This document shows positions 19,059 through 29,187 of a stretch of DNA of 64,000 nucleotides, piece by piece. This stretch comes from an uncultured Gemmatimonadales bacterium. Its GTDB lineage: Bacteria > Gemmatimonadota > Gemmatimonadetes > Longimicrobiales > RSA9. The first letter of the stretch is position 1, and each line of letters opens with the position of its first letter. The stretch lies in the NCBI GenBank assembly GCA_963783305.1, contig CAWAMW010000002.1, positions 256,001-320,000 of the forward strand, given 5' to 3'. Under the pieces are notes generated by a model. It searched no databases, was not told the DNA's origin, and saw only the letters and a program-made list of their open reading frames with translations. Position numbers and translations under genes: made by a program.

Positions 19059-19756
19059 CACGCCACCTGCTTTCCGGTGGGCGCGGTGGCCCGCGCGGTC
19101 ATGGAGCCCACGCCGTGCGGCCATTCACGCACGCGCGGGCCGCTCCCCTTCTTCTTCCGCTCCTCCCACGAGGCGAACCCCAGCAGGATGAAGCCGAGGG
19201 TGAAGAACCCGCCCGGAGGCAGGATCATGATCACCCACGGCTCGAAGCCATCACCGAAGACGGAGTAGCCCAGGATGCTGCCGCTGCCGAGGAGCTCCCG
19301 GAAGGTGCCCATGATGAGCAGCGCGATGCCGAAGCCGAGACCGCTTCCGACCGCGTCCAGCACCGACCGACCCACGGAGTGCTTGCTCGCGAACGCCTCC
19401 TGCCGCCCCAGGATCATGCAGTTCACCACGATCAGCGCGATGAAGGCGCCCAATGCCTTGTGGATCTCCGGCACCACCGCGTTCAGCACCAGGTCCACAA
19501 TCGTCACGAACGTCGCGATGATCAGGATGTAGGCGCTGATCCGGACTTCCTTCGGGATCACGTCCTTCACCAGTGAGACCAGGATGCTGCTCCCGACCAG
19601 GACGAAGAACGTCGCCGCCGCCATGGCGATGCTGTTCGCCACCGTGTTCGTAACCGCCAGCGCCGGACACAGCCCCAGCAGCTGGATCAGCACCGGGTTC
19701 TCCTTCCAGACCCCGCGCATGAGGTCCTGCGTCGGCGTCGTCTGCCTCGGGCTCAT
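19058..19756 (-). CDS. rnfE: Rnf complex subunit E
   Basis: WKENPVLIQLLGLCPALAVT, LIVVNCMILGR, ILPPGGF. Confidence 0.95.
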   Translation of the reverse strand: MSPRQTTPTQDLMRGVWKENPVLIQLLGLCPALAVTNTVANSIAMAAATFFVLVGSSILVSLVKDVIPKEVRISAYILIIATFVTIVDLVLNAVVPEIHKALGAFIALIVVNCMILGRQEAFASKHSVGRSVLDAVGSGLGFGIALLIMGTFRELLGSGSILGYSVFGDGFEPWVIMILPPGGFFTLGFILLGFASWEERKKKGSGPRVREWPHGVGSMTARATAPTGKQVA

Positions 19757-20490
19757 TGCCCACCCCCCGCGTATCCCTTCAGGACACCGTCCAGCGCTTC
19801 CAGACGGTGGTTGATGATGTCGATGACCGCGTTGGACGAGATCGTGGCACCCGTGATCATGTCCACCTCCTCCGCCGCACCCGTCGGCTCCTTCACCCCA
19901 CGGAGCGGAGTGCCCACGCCGTCGAACCCCGTGATGAACGCCTCGTCCTTCATGATCGCGTCCCCCAGCCCCGGGGTTTCCTTGCTCTCCAGCACCCGCA
20001 TCCCCAGCACCTCCCCCGAGCCTGGGTCATAGCCGAAAATGAGCTGGATCACGTCCTGGAAGCCCGGTTCCGCCCCGACGATCGCTATGCCCATGGGGGC
20101 GCCGCTCGCGCTGAAGCCGGCATAGACCTTCTCCGCCTTCACCGTGTCCACACCCGCCGGCGGCTCTTCCACGAGCCGACCGTTTTCGACGTACAATGTC
20201 TGCACCCGCTCCGGACCCCCCAGCACCTCGCCAATGGCGTCCGTCAGCACGCGCGCCCGGTACTCGAGGATCTGAGGCTGCGCCCATTCGAATACGCTGA
20301 CGATGAGCAGCCCCGCCAGCGCGCCCGCCAGCGCGAGCGTCGTGATCAGTCGCCACGCCGGCACGTCGTCCGCCTCCGGGTGCGGACCCGCATCCGACTC
20401 GAACGCCGGCCCGGTCTCCGGCGGCTCCTCCGCATCTCCCCGGTACGCCTGCGACTCCGTCACGGGCAGCTCCTTCCGATCCTCGCTCAT
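19753..20490 (-). CDS. rnfG: Rnf complex subunit G (FMN-binding)
   Basis: TM anchor, ETPGLG, flavinylation motif DMITGATISS. Start MSEDRK overlaps the rnfD stop. Confidence 0.92.
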   Translation of the reverse strand: MSEDRKELPVTESQAYRGDAEEPPETGPAFESDAGPHPEADDVPAWRLITTLALAGALAGLLIVSVFEWAQPQILEYRARVLTDAIGEVLGGPERVQTLYVENGRLVEEPPAGVDTVKAEKVYAGFSASGAPMGIAIVGAEPGFQDVIQLIFGYDPGSGEVLGMRVLESKETPGLGDAIMKDEAFITGFDGVGTPLRGVKEPTGAAEEVDMITGATISSNAVIDIINHRLEALDGVLKGYAGGGQ

Positions 20491-21566
20491 GCCGCCCCCA
20501 TTTTCTTCGCCGACCGTTCCGCGGTACCGAAGACCTTGGGACGCGTCGCGCGCTCGATGAACGGGACCATGGCGTTCATCAGCAGGATGGCGTACATGAC
20601 GCCTTCCGGCAGCCCGCCCCAGTTGCGGATCACCACCACCAGCGCGCCGATCCCGACTGCGTAGATCCACGAGCCCTTGTGGGTCACCGGCGAGGTGACC
20701 ATGTCGGTCGCCATGTAGACGGCGCCCAGCATGAGACCGCCGCTGAAGAGCATGAAGAGCGGCCCCGGGTAGGCCGGATCGATGGCGCTCAGCAGCCACG
20801 ACAGCCCCGCCACCGTGGCGAAGATCCCGGCGGGAATCCGCCAGTTCAGATAGTTGCGCGCGGCCAGGTACGCACCCCCCAGCAGGATCAGGATCGCCGA
20901 CGTCTCGCCCAGCGACCCGCCGGTCGTACCCACCAGCAGGTTGAGCACGTCCGTCGCCTGACCCTCGAACTTCATGAGCCCCAGCGGCGTCGCCTGCGTC
21001 AGCGCGTCCACCTCCCCCGCCGTCATCAGCGGCGTGGCGAACAGGTCTCCCCGCAGCTGGAGCCATGAGCCCGTATCCGCCATCCGCAGCGACGGCCAGG
21101 TCGTGATGGCCGTGGGGAACGCCGCCTGGAGGAACGCCCGGCCGAGCAGCGCCGGGTTGAAGATGTTCTGCCCGAGACCCCCGAAAATGAGCTTTCCGAA
21201 CCCGATCCCGAACGCACCGCCCACGAAGGCCATCCAGAGCGGGAACCCCGGGGGGAGCGTGAGGCCGAGCAAGAGCCCGGTGATCGCCGCCGAGCCGTCG
21301 CGCAGGGCGCCGCCCGGGCCGAACACCCGCTCCGTCAGCATGGCCCCGAGCACCGCGGTGGCGATCACCAGCAGCGCGCTCACGCCGAAGAAGTAGAGCG
21401 AGGCCGCCACCACCGGCAGGAGTGTGATCACCACCGACCACATGATCCGGGCGGTGGAATCCTGTGCGTGCAGGTGCGGCGAGGCCATGAGCCGCAGCGA
21501 CGGATCGTCCGTCGGTCCGGGCAGGCCCGCCGTCTGCTGCCAGCCGGTCCCGCGCCACGGGCTCAT
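20487..21566 (-). CDS. rnfD: Rnf complex subunit D
   Basis: ASPHLH, FGGLGQNIFNPAL, FMN site TQATPL, GSLGETSA, MATDMVTSP, PEGVMYAILLMN. Confidence 0.95.
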   Translation of the reverse strand: MSPWRGTGWQQTAGLPGPTDDPSLRLMASPHLHAQDSTARIMWSVVITLLPVVAASLYFFGVSALLVIATAVLGAMLTERVFGPGGALRDGSAAITGLLLGLTLPPGFPLWMAFVGGAFGIGFGKLIFGGLGQNIFNPALLGRAFLQAAFPTAITTWPSLRMADTGSWLQLRGDLFATPLMTAGEVDALTQATPLGLMKFEGQATDVLNLLVGTTGGSLGETSAILILLGGAYLAARNYLNWRIPAGIFATVAGLSWLLSAIDPAYPGPLFMLFSGGLMLGAVYMATDMVTSPVTHKGSWIYAVGIGALVVVIRNWGGLPEGVMYAILLMNAMVPFIERATRPKVFGTAERSAKKMGAA

Positions 21567-23074
21567 GCGTGCACCGCGGCCGTCCCGGCCTCGTCCCCGA
21601 CCAATGCATCCGCTGCCGATCCAGGCGATTCAGCCGCCGCGGCCGCCGCCTCCGCCCGTTCCCGCTCCGCCTTCTCTTCCGCCTCGTCCTTCTGCCGCTG
21701 CTTCCGCCGCCGCAGTCCGCCCTTCCCCAGTGCGAACATCTGGGAGAGCGGGATATTGGACGGGCAGACATAGGAGCAGGAGCCGCACACCATGCAATCC
21801 ATGAGGTGTTGGTTCTCCATCTCCTCGTAGCGGCCGAGCTGCGCCAGCTGGCCCAGGTGCTGCGGGTCCAGGAAGACAGGGCACGCGTCCAGGCACCGGC
21901 CGCAGTGGATGCACGGCATGGCCGGCGGACGCGCCGACTCCTTGTCCGTGAGCACCACCACACCGGACGTGCCCTTCACGATCGGAACATCCAGATCCGG
22001 CTGCGGCAGCCCCATCATGGGCCCGCCGAAGATCACCTCCGTCGCGTCCTCCGTCAGCCCGCCACAGAACTCGATCACGTCCCTGAGCTTGGTCCCCACC
22101 GGCACCACCAGGTTCTGCGGCCGGCGAACGCCCGGGCCGGTGACGGTGACGATCCGCTCGATCAGCGGATACCCCGTCTCGAAGACCTCGGCGATCGCGG
22201 CGATGGACCCCACGTTCTGGACCACCGCCCCAACATGCATCGGCAGCTTCCCCGACGGCACTTCCCGCCCCGTCACCGCCTTGATCAGCATCTTCTCCGC
22301 GCCCTGCGGATACTTCACCGTCAGCCCGATCACCTCGATATCCAGGTCCGGTGGGACCGTCTCGCGCAGCCGCTCGATGGCGTCGGGCTTGTTCTTCTCC
22401 ACCCCGATCACCGCCCGAGCCACGCCCAGACACTGCATCATCACCCGGATCCCGAAATGCACCCGCTCCGGGTGCTCCACCATGACCCGGTGATCACTCG
22501 TCAGGTACGGCTCGCACTCCGCACCGTTGATCAGCAGGAGCTCGACCGAGACATCCTCAGGCGGGTTCAGCTTCACGTGCGTCGGGAACCCGGCCCCTCC
22601 GAGCCCCACCACTCCCGCACCCTGCACCGCCTGCCGCACTTCCGCCGCGCTCAGGCCGTCCCACTCCGGGACGATCCGCGGCCGCGGCAGCTGCGGACTG
22701 AACGTGTCCACCTGGATCCGGATCGCCCGGTCCATGCTCCCGTCCGGGTGCGGCCACCACCCGATCTCCGTCACCCGCCCCGTGGCCGGCGCGTGGATCG
22801 GCACCGACACGTACCCGTCCGCCACACCCAGCACGTCCCCGCGCTCCACCCGGTCGCCCACCGCCACGATCGGACGCGCCGGCTTCCCCGCGTTCTGACG
22901 CAGCGGAAGCACGACCTCCTCCGGGAACGGCATCCGCCGGATCGGCACGCTTGCCGTCAGCGACTTCGAGTCCGGCGGGTGCACACCGTGCCGGAAGCTC
23001 GGCCCGAAGAGCAGCTCCCCGAACGTGCGCTTCCGCGCCTTCTTCCCCGCCCCTCCAGTAGTTGGCTTCACCAC
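21563..23074 (-). CDS. rnfC: Rnf complex subunit C
   Basis: FRHGVHP, GLGGAGFPTHVK, NGAECEPYLTSD, YPQGAEK, GGPMMG and two CxxCxxCxxxCP motifs. Confidence 0.95.
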   Translation of the reverse strand: MVKPTTGGAGKKARKRTFGELLFGPSFRHGVHPPDSKSLTASVPIRRMPFPEEVVLPLRQNAGKPARPIVAVGDRVERGDVLGVADGYVSVPIHAPATGRVTEIGWWPHPDGSMDRAIRIQVDTFSPQLPRPRIVPEWDGLSAAEVRQAVQGAGVVGLGGAGFPTHVKLNPPEDVSVELLLINGAECEPYLTSDHRVMVEHPERVHFGIRVMMQCLGVARAVIGVEKNKPDAIERLRETVPPDLDIEVIGLTVKYPQGAEKMLIKAVTGREVPSGKLPMHVGAVVQNVGSIAAIAEVFETGYPLIERIVTVTGPGVRRPQNLVVPVGTKLRDVIEFCGGLTEDATEVIFGGPMMGLPQPDLDVPIVKGTSGVVVLTDKESARPPAMPCIHCGRCLDACPVFLDPQHLGQLAQLGRYEEMENQHLMDCMVCGSCSYVCPSNIPLSQMFALGKGGLRRRKQRQKDEAEEKAERERAEAAAAAAESPGSAADALVGDEAGTAAVHA

Positions 23075-23105
23075 CGTATCACCGCCCCATAAGCGTCATC
23101 GTAGT

Positions 23106-23193
23106 TTCCGCGAGGCCGAAGGCCGAGCCCTCCGCGCCCAGCGGGCGCTCCCCGCGAGCGAAGCGAGCCTTCCGCGAGGCCGACGGCCGAGCC
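23106..23193. repeat. REP-like cluster of short palindromes
   Basis: 24-bp direct repeat TTCCGCGAGGCCGA(A/C)GGCCGAGCC at 23106-23129 and 23170-23193, with GCGAGCGAAGCGAGC between them. Confidence 0.7.
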
Positions 23194-23196
23194 ACT

Positions 23197-26100
23197 TCAG
23201 TTGAACGGCTCCGCCCGCTTCACCCACTTCTCCAGGTCCTTCTCGCTCTTGTTCAGCGGGGTCCCGGGGTGGATGATCCCGGCCGGACACCGCTCAGCGG
23301 CCATGACGATCTCCTTGAACGAGCCGGCCGCCGCATCGGCGATATACGCCTGCTTCGCATCGTTGTACTTGAACAGCCGGTTGTTCAGGTTCGTGCATTC
23401 GTTGCAGGTGGTGCAGCGCGCCGTCTCGATGTACGGCTCCATCCCGAGCTCGTCGTCCTCCTCCGGCTCGGCCGTCGCCGATTCCACCACCGACGACGGC
23501 TTCTCCATGGTGGCCACGCCACCCCCGTCCTTCACCGACTCCGCACCGCCCGCCGCGCTCCCCTTCCCGGCCCCGTTTCCTCCGCTCGGACCCACCTGGA
23601 GTCCCCCAACCTCGGCGCCGATCGGCTGCAGCCCAGGCGTCGACTGCGCGGTCTTGAGCAGGTCCGCAACCGTACGGTTCCCCGTACCCTGCTTCACCAG
23701 CCCCTCGGCCAGCCGCCGGGCGATGATCTGCGGGTACGTGGCCTTCAGCTCCTCCAGCTTGGCCTCGAACTCCTGCCGCGCGACCGCGAGCTTCGACTCG
23801 AACTCCGCCTGCATCTCCGAGCCGATCTCGTCGCGGACCCACTCCGGAACCTCCAGCCCCGCCATCTCCTTCAGCTGGTGCCAGTAGAGCAGCCGCTCCT
23901 CGGCCAGCGTCACCATCTCCTTCGAGACCCGCACCCGCTTCAGCGTGCGGTCGTCGGCCAGGGAGTAAATGAACGGGACCTTGCCCGCGCGATCGTCCTT
24001 CTCCATGGCGACGAACTCGTGGAATACCACCATGTCGTCGTTCCACTGGTCCTCGGGCACGGACTTGAAGTGCTTCTTGAACCGCGTCTCTGTCGCGGCC
24101 CAGTCGGCGATCGTGACCGGCAGCTCGATCTTCTGCTCGGCGCCATCCGCGTCCACGTACGTGAGCTCGTACAGCGGCCAGAGCTCGTCCATGCTCGGGT
24201 TCCCGTCCAGGCTCAGGCACTCCGCGATGGAGTCGCCGGCATCCGGGTCGTAGGTAAGGAACGGGAACGCCCGGCTCTCCAGAGCCAGCTTCGCGCTCGC
24301 CGGCGCCCACTCATCCGGCAGCCCGTGCTCCACCGGGCACGGCGTGTACACGTTGATCACGCTCGGCCGCCGCGTCTTGAGACCCTTGATCAGCCCGCCG
24401 ATCAGGTGGCTCGCCGACGCCTGCGAGGTCTGGTGGACGTAGGCCCCGCGGTGCGCCATGGCGATATAGCCCAGCTCCTTGCGGACCTCCGTCTTCCCGT
24501 GCACCGCGGCGCCGAACGGCGACATGTCCGCAGACTGCCCCGTGTACGTGCCCGTGCTCGCCTGCCCACCCGTGTTCGAGTAGACCTGCGTATCCAGCAC
24601 GATCACCCGGATCGGCTTCCCGCTCGCCAGCAGCCGGCTCAGGTTCTGGAACCCGATGTCCAGCATGGCGCCATCGCCGCCGATCGACAGGATCGGCGGG
24701 ACCAGGTTGAACTCCTCCTCGTTGAACTGCTGCCAGTCGAAGTTCGTGAAGAACGCCTCGTCCTTCTCAGCGTCGTAGCTGCCGTCCAGGAGCTTCTCGG
24801 CGCGGCGGAGGGAGACGAAGTTGTCGCCCATCTTCCGCATGTGACCTTCGAAGATCCCGATCGCGATGCTCGGCGCGTCCTGGAACAGGTGGTTGACCCA
24901 CGGGAACGGGTACGGGTTGAAGGGATAGCTGCTCCCCCACACGCTCGAGCAGCCGGTGGAGTTGGTGATCCCCATTTCCGCCCGGCCGCGGCCGCTCGGT
25001 CCCTCCTCGTACCGCCACTTCAGGTCCTTCAGCGCCTTCAGCGACGACGCGTACCGCTCCAGCTGCACGCGCTTGTCGTCGCTCATCGGCACGTCCACCC
25101 GACCGCCCTCGGCCACCGACATGAGGTCCAGGTCGGCATCCGCCGACAGCAGCCCCCGCGCCTTCTCGTCCAGACCGGCGATCAGCGTATCGAGCTTCGT
25201 CATCAGCTTCTCGACCCGCCCCTGCATCAGCGCCTCGATCGTCGACGTGATCAGGTGCACCGCCGTCTTTTCGCCACAGCCCATGCACGCGCCATCGCCG
25301 CCCACCATGCTTCGGTACACGTCCTTCCGGAGCAGCAGGCTCGGCAGCACCCCGATCCCTTCCTCCAGGTCACGGATGTTGATGAACCGCTCATCCGTGT
25401 CCGGCAGCGCCTTCCAGAAGTCCCAGTTCCGGCGCAGCTCCTCCACCGTCTCCTCGTCCTGCTTGATCGTGATCAGCGCGTTCTCCGGGCAGACCTCCAC
25501 GCAGATGTTGCAGCCCTTGCACGCTTCCGGGTTGATCGTAACCGACAGCAGCCCGCCGGCTCCCTTCTCCTTCGACTCCGGGTTGTCCCAGAACGGCTGC
25601 GTCTTCGCCAGCGGGAACTCCGCCAGGATCGGGTACACGGCGGCGAAGTCGTCATCCAGCTCACGGCGCTTCTCCGGGTCCCAGTTCAGCTTCGGAACCA
25701 GGTTCTTGTACGCCGCCTTGAGGGTGTCGCCGAAGTTGTCGAAGGGCACCCCCTCCACCACCTTCCGCGTCTCCTTCACGAGGTGCTTCGACACCTGCTT
25801 CAGCCGGTCCAGGCTGCGCCCGTTCTGGGCGTGCGCGATCGCCGTTTCCAGCAGGTCCTCCACACTGTTCACCAGACCCGGGATCGCCGCGTCCGGGCAC
25901 TGCGTCCAGCACTGCGCGCACCCCGTGCACTTGCTCGCGATGAAGTCCGGGACCTCGAACCGGATGTTCGTCATGTCCCGGATCACGCTCGTGGCCGCCG
26001 GGATCGCGCTGATCGCCGCATACGGGTCCGCGATCGGCTCCTCGCCCGCGCCGTAGATCGAGCACACCTGCTCGAAGAACCGGCCGGGGTTCCCGATCCC

Positions 26101-28341
26101 GATCTCCGCCGCCGGCACGTCCAGCATGTCCGGCACCTGCGCCACCGGGAGCGCCACGTCCTTGCCGTTCCCCGCGGCCGCCACCACGTCCCGGATCTCG
26201 TCGTAGCCACGCCGGATCACCCGCACGTTGTCCTCGACGATCTTGCTGCCCAGCTTGCCGAACTTCCGCTCCATCTGCTCGCGGATCCCCGCGAACAGCG
26301 TCTCCTCGTCCAGACCCTCCCGCTCAGCGAGCGGGGAGACCTTGAAGAACGCGCCCATGAAGGCCGCGCCCTGCATGCGGTAGCGGAGCTCCGCGGAGGA
26401 CGACTCGTCCTGCGCGATCTTGAAGCCGTCCAGCGCGTACACCTTGATCTTCTTCGAGCGGACATAGCGCTTGGCGTCCTCCGGGAAGCTCTCCCAGAGC
26501 GCCTCGGGCTCCTGGTCGCTCTGGATCACGAACACGCCGCCTTCCCGCAGCCCCGCGAGCGGGTTCGAGTGGCGGAACACGTTCGTGTCCGGGCTCAGAA
26601 CCACGTCCACGTGCTTCAGCTCCGCGTTGATCTTGATGGGATCGCGGCTGAGCGTGGCGTAGAACGTCGTAGGCTGACCCTTCTTCTCCGAGCCGTACTT
26701 CGGATTGGCCTTCACGTGCAGCCCGGCCATCTCGAAAGCCGTCAGCGACACGTTCTTCCCCATCGTGATCGCGCCCCAGCCGCCCACGCTGTGAATCCGC
26801 AGCGCCGTCGAGCCCTCCGGAAGGAGGTTGATGCTCCCCGCCGGCTCGAGCGCCAGGTCCGCCAGCTTCGGATACGACTCCAGGAGCTGCTGCTGCCAGA
26901 TCTCCAGCTTCGGCAGCTTCGTGTTCTTTCGGACGAAGTCGATTCCCAGATAGAACTGACGACGGCGCTTCCCGTCGTCCAGCATGTTCTCCACTGCCGC
27001 CACCAGGTCGCCCGCCTGCAGGTCGCGACTGCCGAAACCGAACCCGCCGCTGAAGAAATCGGGCACCTCGTCCGCGCTCAGCGCGGGGACGCCCTCGTGC
27101 GGGATTTCCACCTTCTTCTGCTCCGACAGTGGGTACCGCGCCGACCGGCCGTTCCCCGCCGCCGTACGCGCCTCCCGGCCGTTCTCCACCGCCTTCGCCA
27201 TCGCCGCCCGGATCTCCCGGAGCAGCGGCGCGTCCACCGCCAGCGGCTGGTCCACGCGCTCCAGCACCGTCACCGCCTTCTTCCCCGCCAGCAGCTTCGC
27301 CACCAGGTCGGTCGGGAAGGGCCGGAACATGACCATGTCCAGCACGCCCACCTTCAGACCCTTCTCCTTGCGCAGGTAGTCCGCCACCGCCTCCGCGTTG
27401 CCCACCACCGAGCCCTGGCCCAGGAGCACGTACTCCGCGTCCTCGAGCCGATATCCCATCGCGCGGGCGTACCGGCGGCCCGTCAGCTCACCGTAATAGG
27501 CCATCGCCTGGTCGGTGATCGCCTGCACGTGGTCGAAATAGAAGGGCCGCTGCGCCGCAACACCCTGCGCGTAGCTGTCCTGGTTCTGCACTGTGCCCAG
27601 CATGGCCGGATAGTCCATGTCGAACAGCTCGGGGATCCGGCGACGCTTCTCGCCGAACACCAGCCGCTGCGCCGGCGTGGGGCTCTCGATGATGTCCGAC
27701 GGGTCGCCCAGGTACTCCTTCACCAGCGCCCGCTCCGGCATCTTCATCGTCTCGATGACGTGACTCGTCAGGAACCCGTCCTGAGCCACGATCCCCGGGT
27801 TCAGGCTGAGCTCGGCGATCCGGTGCGCGATCAGGTTCAGGTCCGCCGAGGCCTGGACGTCCTTCGCGAAAACCTGGAAGAAGCCGGTGTCATCCACCGC
27901 GTGGTAGTCGTCGTGGCCCGCGTGCACGTTGAGCGCGTGCTTCGTCATCGCCCGCGCGGCCACGTTCAGCACGTACGTCAGTCGCTTCCCCGCCGCCGCA
28001 TACAGGCTCTCGTGCATGTACGCGATGCCCTGGCCGCTGGAGAAGTTGGTCGCCCGCAGCCCGACCATGCTCATCCCCGCCGTGACGCCCGCCGCCGCAT
28101 GCTCGCCCTCCGGCTCGAAGAAGAGGAGCTTGCGGCCGTTGACGTTCGTTACTCCCTGGGCCACGGCCATGGCCCACCCCTCGCCCATCTGCGTCGAGGG
28201 CGTGATCGGGTAGGCACCCGCGGCCTCGCTCCCCGCCGTCTCCATCGTGACGATGGCGGTGGTGCCGTCGGTGGCTTCCGGGGTGCCCGGATACCGGGCT
28301 TCCGCCTCGGCCGCTTCCTTCTTCATGAACGGGATCTTCAT
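23197..28341 (-). CDS. Single-chain pyruvate:ferredoxin oxidoreductase-like enzyme (~1714 aa) with helical inserts and C-terminal ferredoxin
   Basis: YPITPS, EGEHAA, SSGQG, KYGSEKKG, CTGCAQCWTQCP, CKGCNICVEVCP, ACMGCGE, NSTGCSSVW, GGDGAMLDIG, YSNTGGQ, C-terminal CTTCNEC...CP. Confidence 0.92.
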   Translation of the reverse strand: MKIPFMKKEAAEAEARYPGTPEATDGTTAIVTMETAGSEAAGAYPITPSTQMGEGWAMAVAQGVTNVNGRKLLFFEPEGEHAAAGVTAGMSMVGLRATNFSSGQGIAYMHESLYAAAGKRLTYVLNVAARAMTKHALNVHAGHDDYHAVDDTGFFQVFAKDVQASADLNLIAHRIAELSLNPGIVAQDGFLTSHVIETMKMPERALVKEYLGDPSDIIESPTPAQRLVFGEKRRRIPELFDMDYPAMLGTVQNQDSYAQGVAAQRPFYFDHVQAITDQAMAYYGELTGRRYARAMGYRLEDAEYVLLGQGSVVGNAEAVADYLRKEKGLKVGVLDMVMFRPFPTDLVAKLLAGKKAVTVLERVDQPLAVDAPLLREIRAAMAKAVENGREARTAAGNGRSARYPLSEQKKVEIPHEGVPALSADEVPDFFSGGFGFGSRDLQAGDLVAAVENMLDDGKRRRQFYLGIDFVRKNTKLPKLEIWQQQLLESYPKLADLALEPAGSINLLPEGSTALRIHSVGGWGAITMGKNVSLTAFEMAGLHVKANPKYGSEKKGQPTTFYATLSRDPIKINAELKHVDVVLSPDTNVFRHSNPLAGLREGGVFVIQSDQEPEALWESFPEDAKRYVRSKKIKVYALDGFKIAQDESSSAELRYRMQGAAFMGAFFKVSPLAEREGLDEETLFAGIREQMERKFGKLGSKIVEDNVRVIRRGYDEIRDVVAAAGNGKDVALPVAQVPDMLDVPAAEIGIGNPGRFFEQVCSIYGAGEEPIADPYAAISAIPAATSVIRDMTNIRFEVPDFIASKCTGCAQCWTQCPDAAIPGLVNSVEDLLETAIAHAQNGRSLDRLKQVSKHLVKETRKVVEGVPFDNFGDTLKAAYKNLVPKLNWDPEKRRELDDDFAAVYPILAEFPLAKTQPFWDNPESKEKGAGGLLSVTINPEACKGCNICVEVCPENALITIKQDEETVEELRRNWDFWKALPDTDERFINIRDLEEGIGVLPSLLLRKDVYRSMVGGDGACMGCGEKTAVHLITSTIEALMQGRVEKLMTKLDTLIAGLDEKARGLLSADADLDLMSVAEGGRVDVPMSDDKRVQLERYASSLKALKDLKWRYEEGPSGRGRAEMGITNSTGCSSVWGSSYPFNPYPFPWVNHLFQDAPSIAIGIFEGHMRKMGDNFVSLRRAEKLLDGSYDAEKDEAFFTNFDWQQFNEEEFNLVPPILSIGGDGAMLDIGFQNLSRLLASGKPIRVIVLDTQVYSNTGGQASTGTYTGQSADMSPFGAAVHGKTEVRKELGYIAMAHRGAYVHQTSQASASHLIGGLIKGLKTRRPSVINVYTPCPVEHGLPDEWAPASAKLALESRAFPFLTYDPDAGDSIAECLSLDGNPSMDELWPLYELTYVDADGAEQKIELPVTIADWAATETRFKKHFKSVPEDQWNDDMVVFHEFVAMEKDDRAGKVPFIYSLADDRTLKRVRVSKEMVTLAEERLLYWHQLKEMAGLEVPEWVRDEIGSEMQAEFESKLAVARQEFEAKLEELKATYPQIIARRLAEGLVKQGTGNRTVADLLKTAQSTPGLQPIGAEVGGLQVGPSGGNGAGKGSAAGGAESVKDGGGVATMEKPSSVVESATAEPEEDDELGMEPYIETARCTTCNECTNLNNRLFKYNDAKQAYIADAAAGSFKEIVMAAERCPAGIIHPGTPLNKSEKDLEKWVKRAEPFN

Positions 28342-29183
28342 CGGATACTCCCTGCGACAACGGGTTGGCGGAACTGCGAGCCCTCGACCCACACGATGGC
28401 CCCGGTCGGGCAGCGGGCGATGGCTTCCTTGTTCTCCAGCTCTGACTTCATGTAATCGACTACGGCCAGACCGTCCTTCATCTCGATCAGGCCATCGGGC
28501 GCATCGACCGCGCAGCGGCCGCACGCGTTACAGGCGACGGCGCACACTTCCGTGGCCGCCTCGCCCTCCAGCAGACTCTTGCACTGCACGATCAGGTGGT
28601 CGCTCACGGGCAGCAGCTCGAACAGCCCCAGCGGACAGGCCTCCACACAGTCGCCGCACGCGGTGCACAACTCGGGGTCCACCACCGGGAGCCCGGTCGA
28701 GCTCATGACAATGGCATCGAAGTCGCACGATACCGCGCAGTCGGCCAGCCCCACGCACCCCCAGGTGCACCCCTTCCCCCCACCCCCGACCGCCACGGAC
28801 GCCGCGCAGCTCTCGACGCCGTAGTACTCTGCCCGCTGCACGGCCACATCGCTCCCGCCCGCGCACATCAGCCGGGCCACCACCTTGTCCGCCTCGCCGG
28901 CGGAGACGCCCAGGTAGTCAGCCACGTCCTCACGCTCGAACTCGCTCATCACCGTGCACGTGGCCGGCGGCTCCTTGCCGCTGATCACGGCCTCGGCGAA
29001 CGTGCGACAGCCCGCGTAGCCACAGGCCCCGCAGTTCGCGCCCGGCAGCAAGCCCTCCACCTCGTCGATGCGCGGGTCCTCCCACACCTTCATCTTTTTG
29101 TTCGCCAGCGCGATGAGGGTGCCAAACGTCAGGCCCACTCCGCCCAGGATGGCGGCCGAGCCCAGGAGCGGAGCGATTCCCAT
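28338..29183 (-). CDS. rnfB: Rnf complex subunit B
   Basis: N-terminal TM, LPGANCGACGYAGC, CTWGCVGLADC, CTACGDCVEACP. Confidence 0.93.
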   Translation of the reverse strand: MGIAPLLGSAAILGGVGLTFGTLIALANKKMKVWEDPRIDEVEGLLPGANCGACGYAGCRTFAEAVISGKEPPATCTVMSEFEREDVADYLGVSAGEADKVVARLMCAGGSDVAVQRAEYYGVESCAASVAVGGGGKGCTWGCVGLADCAVSCDFDAIVMSSTGLPVVDPELCTACGDCVEACPLGLFELLPVSDHLIVQCKSLLEGEAATEVCAVACNACGRCAVDAPDGLIEMKDGLAVVDYMKSELENKEAIARCPTGAIVWVEGSQFRQPVVAGSIR

Positions 29184-29187
29184 TTCC

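Noticed and set aside
19753..21963. Apparent 736-aa RnfG
   Set aside because: The N-terminal extension overlaps rnfD/rnfC out of frame. The plausible start is 20490.
23062..28455. 1797-aa plus-strand ORF
   Set aside because: Antisense shadow of PFOR. R/P/H-rich with no motifs, as expected for high-GC codon bias.
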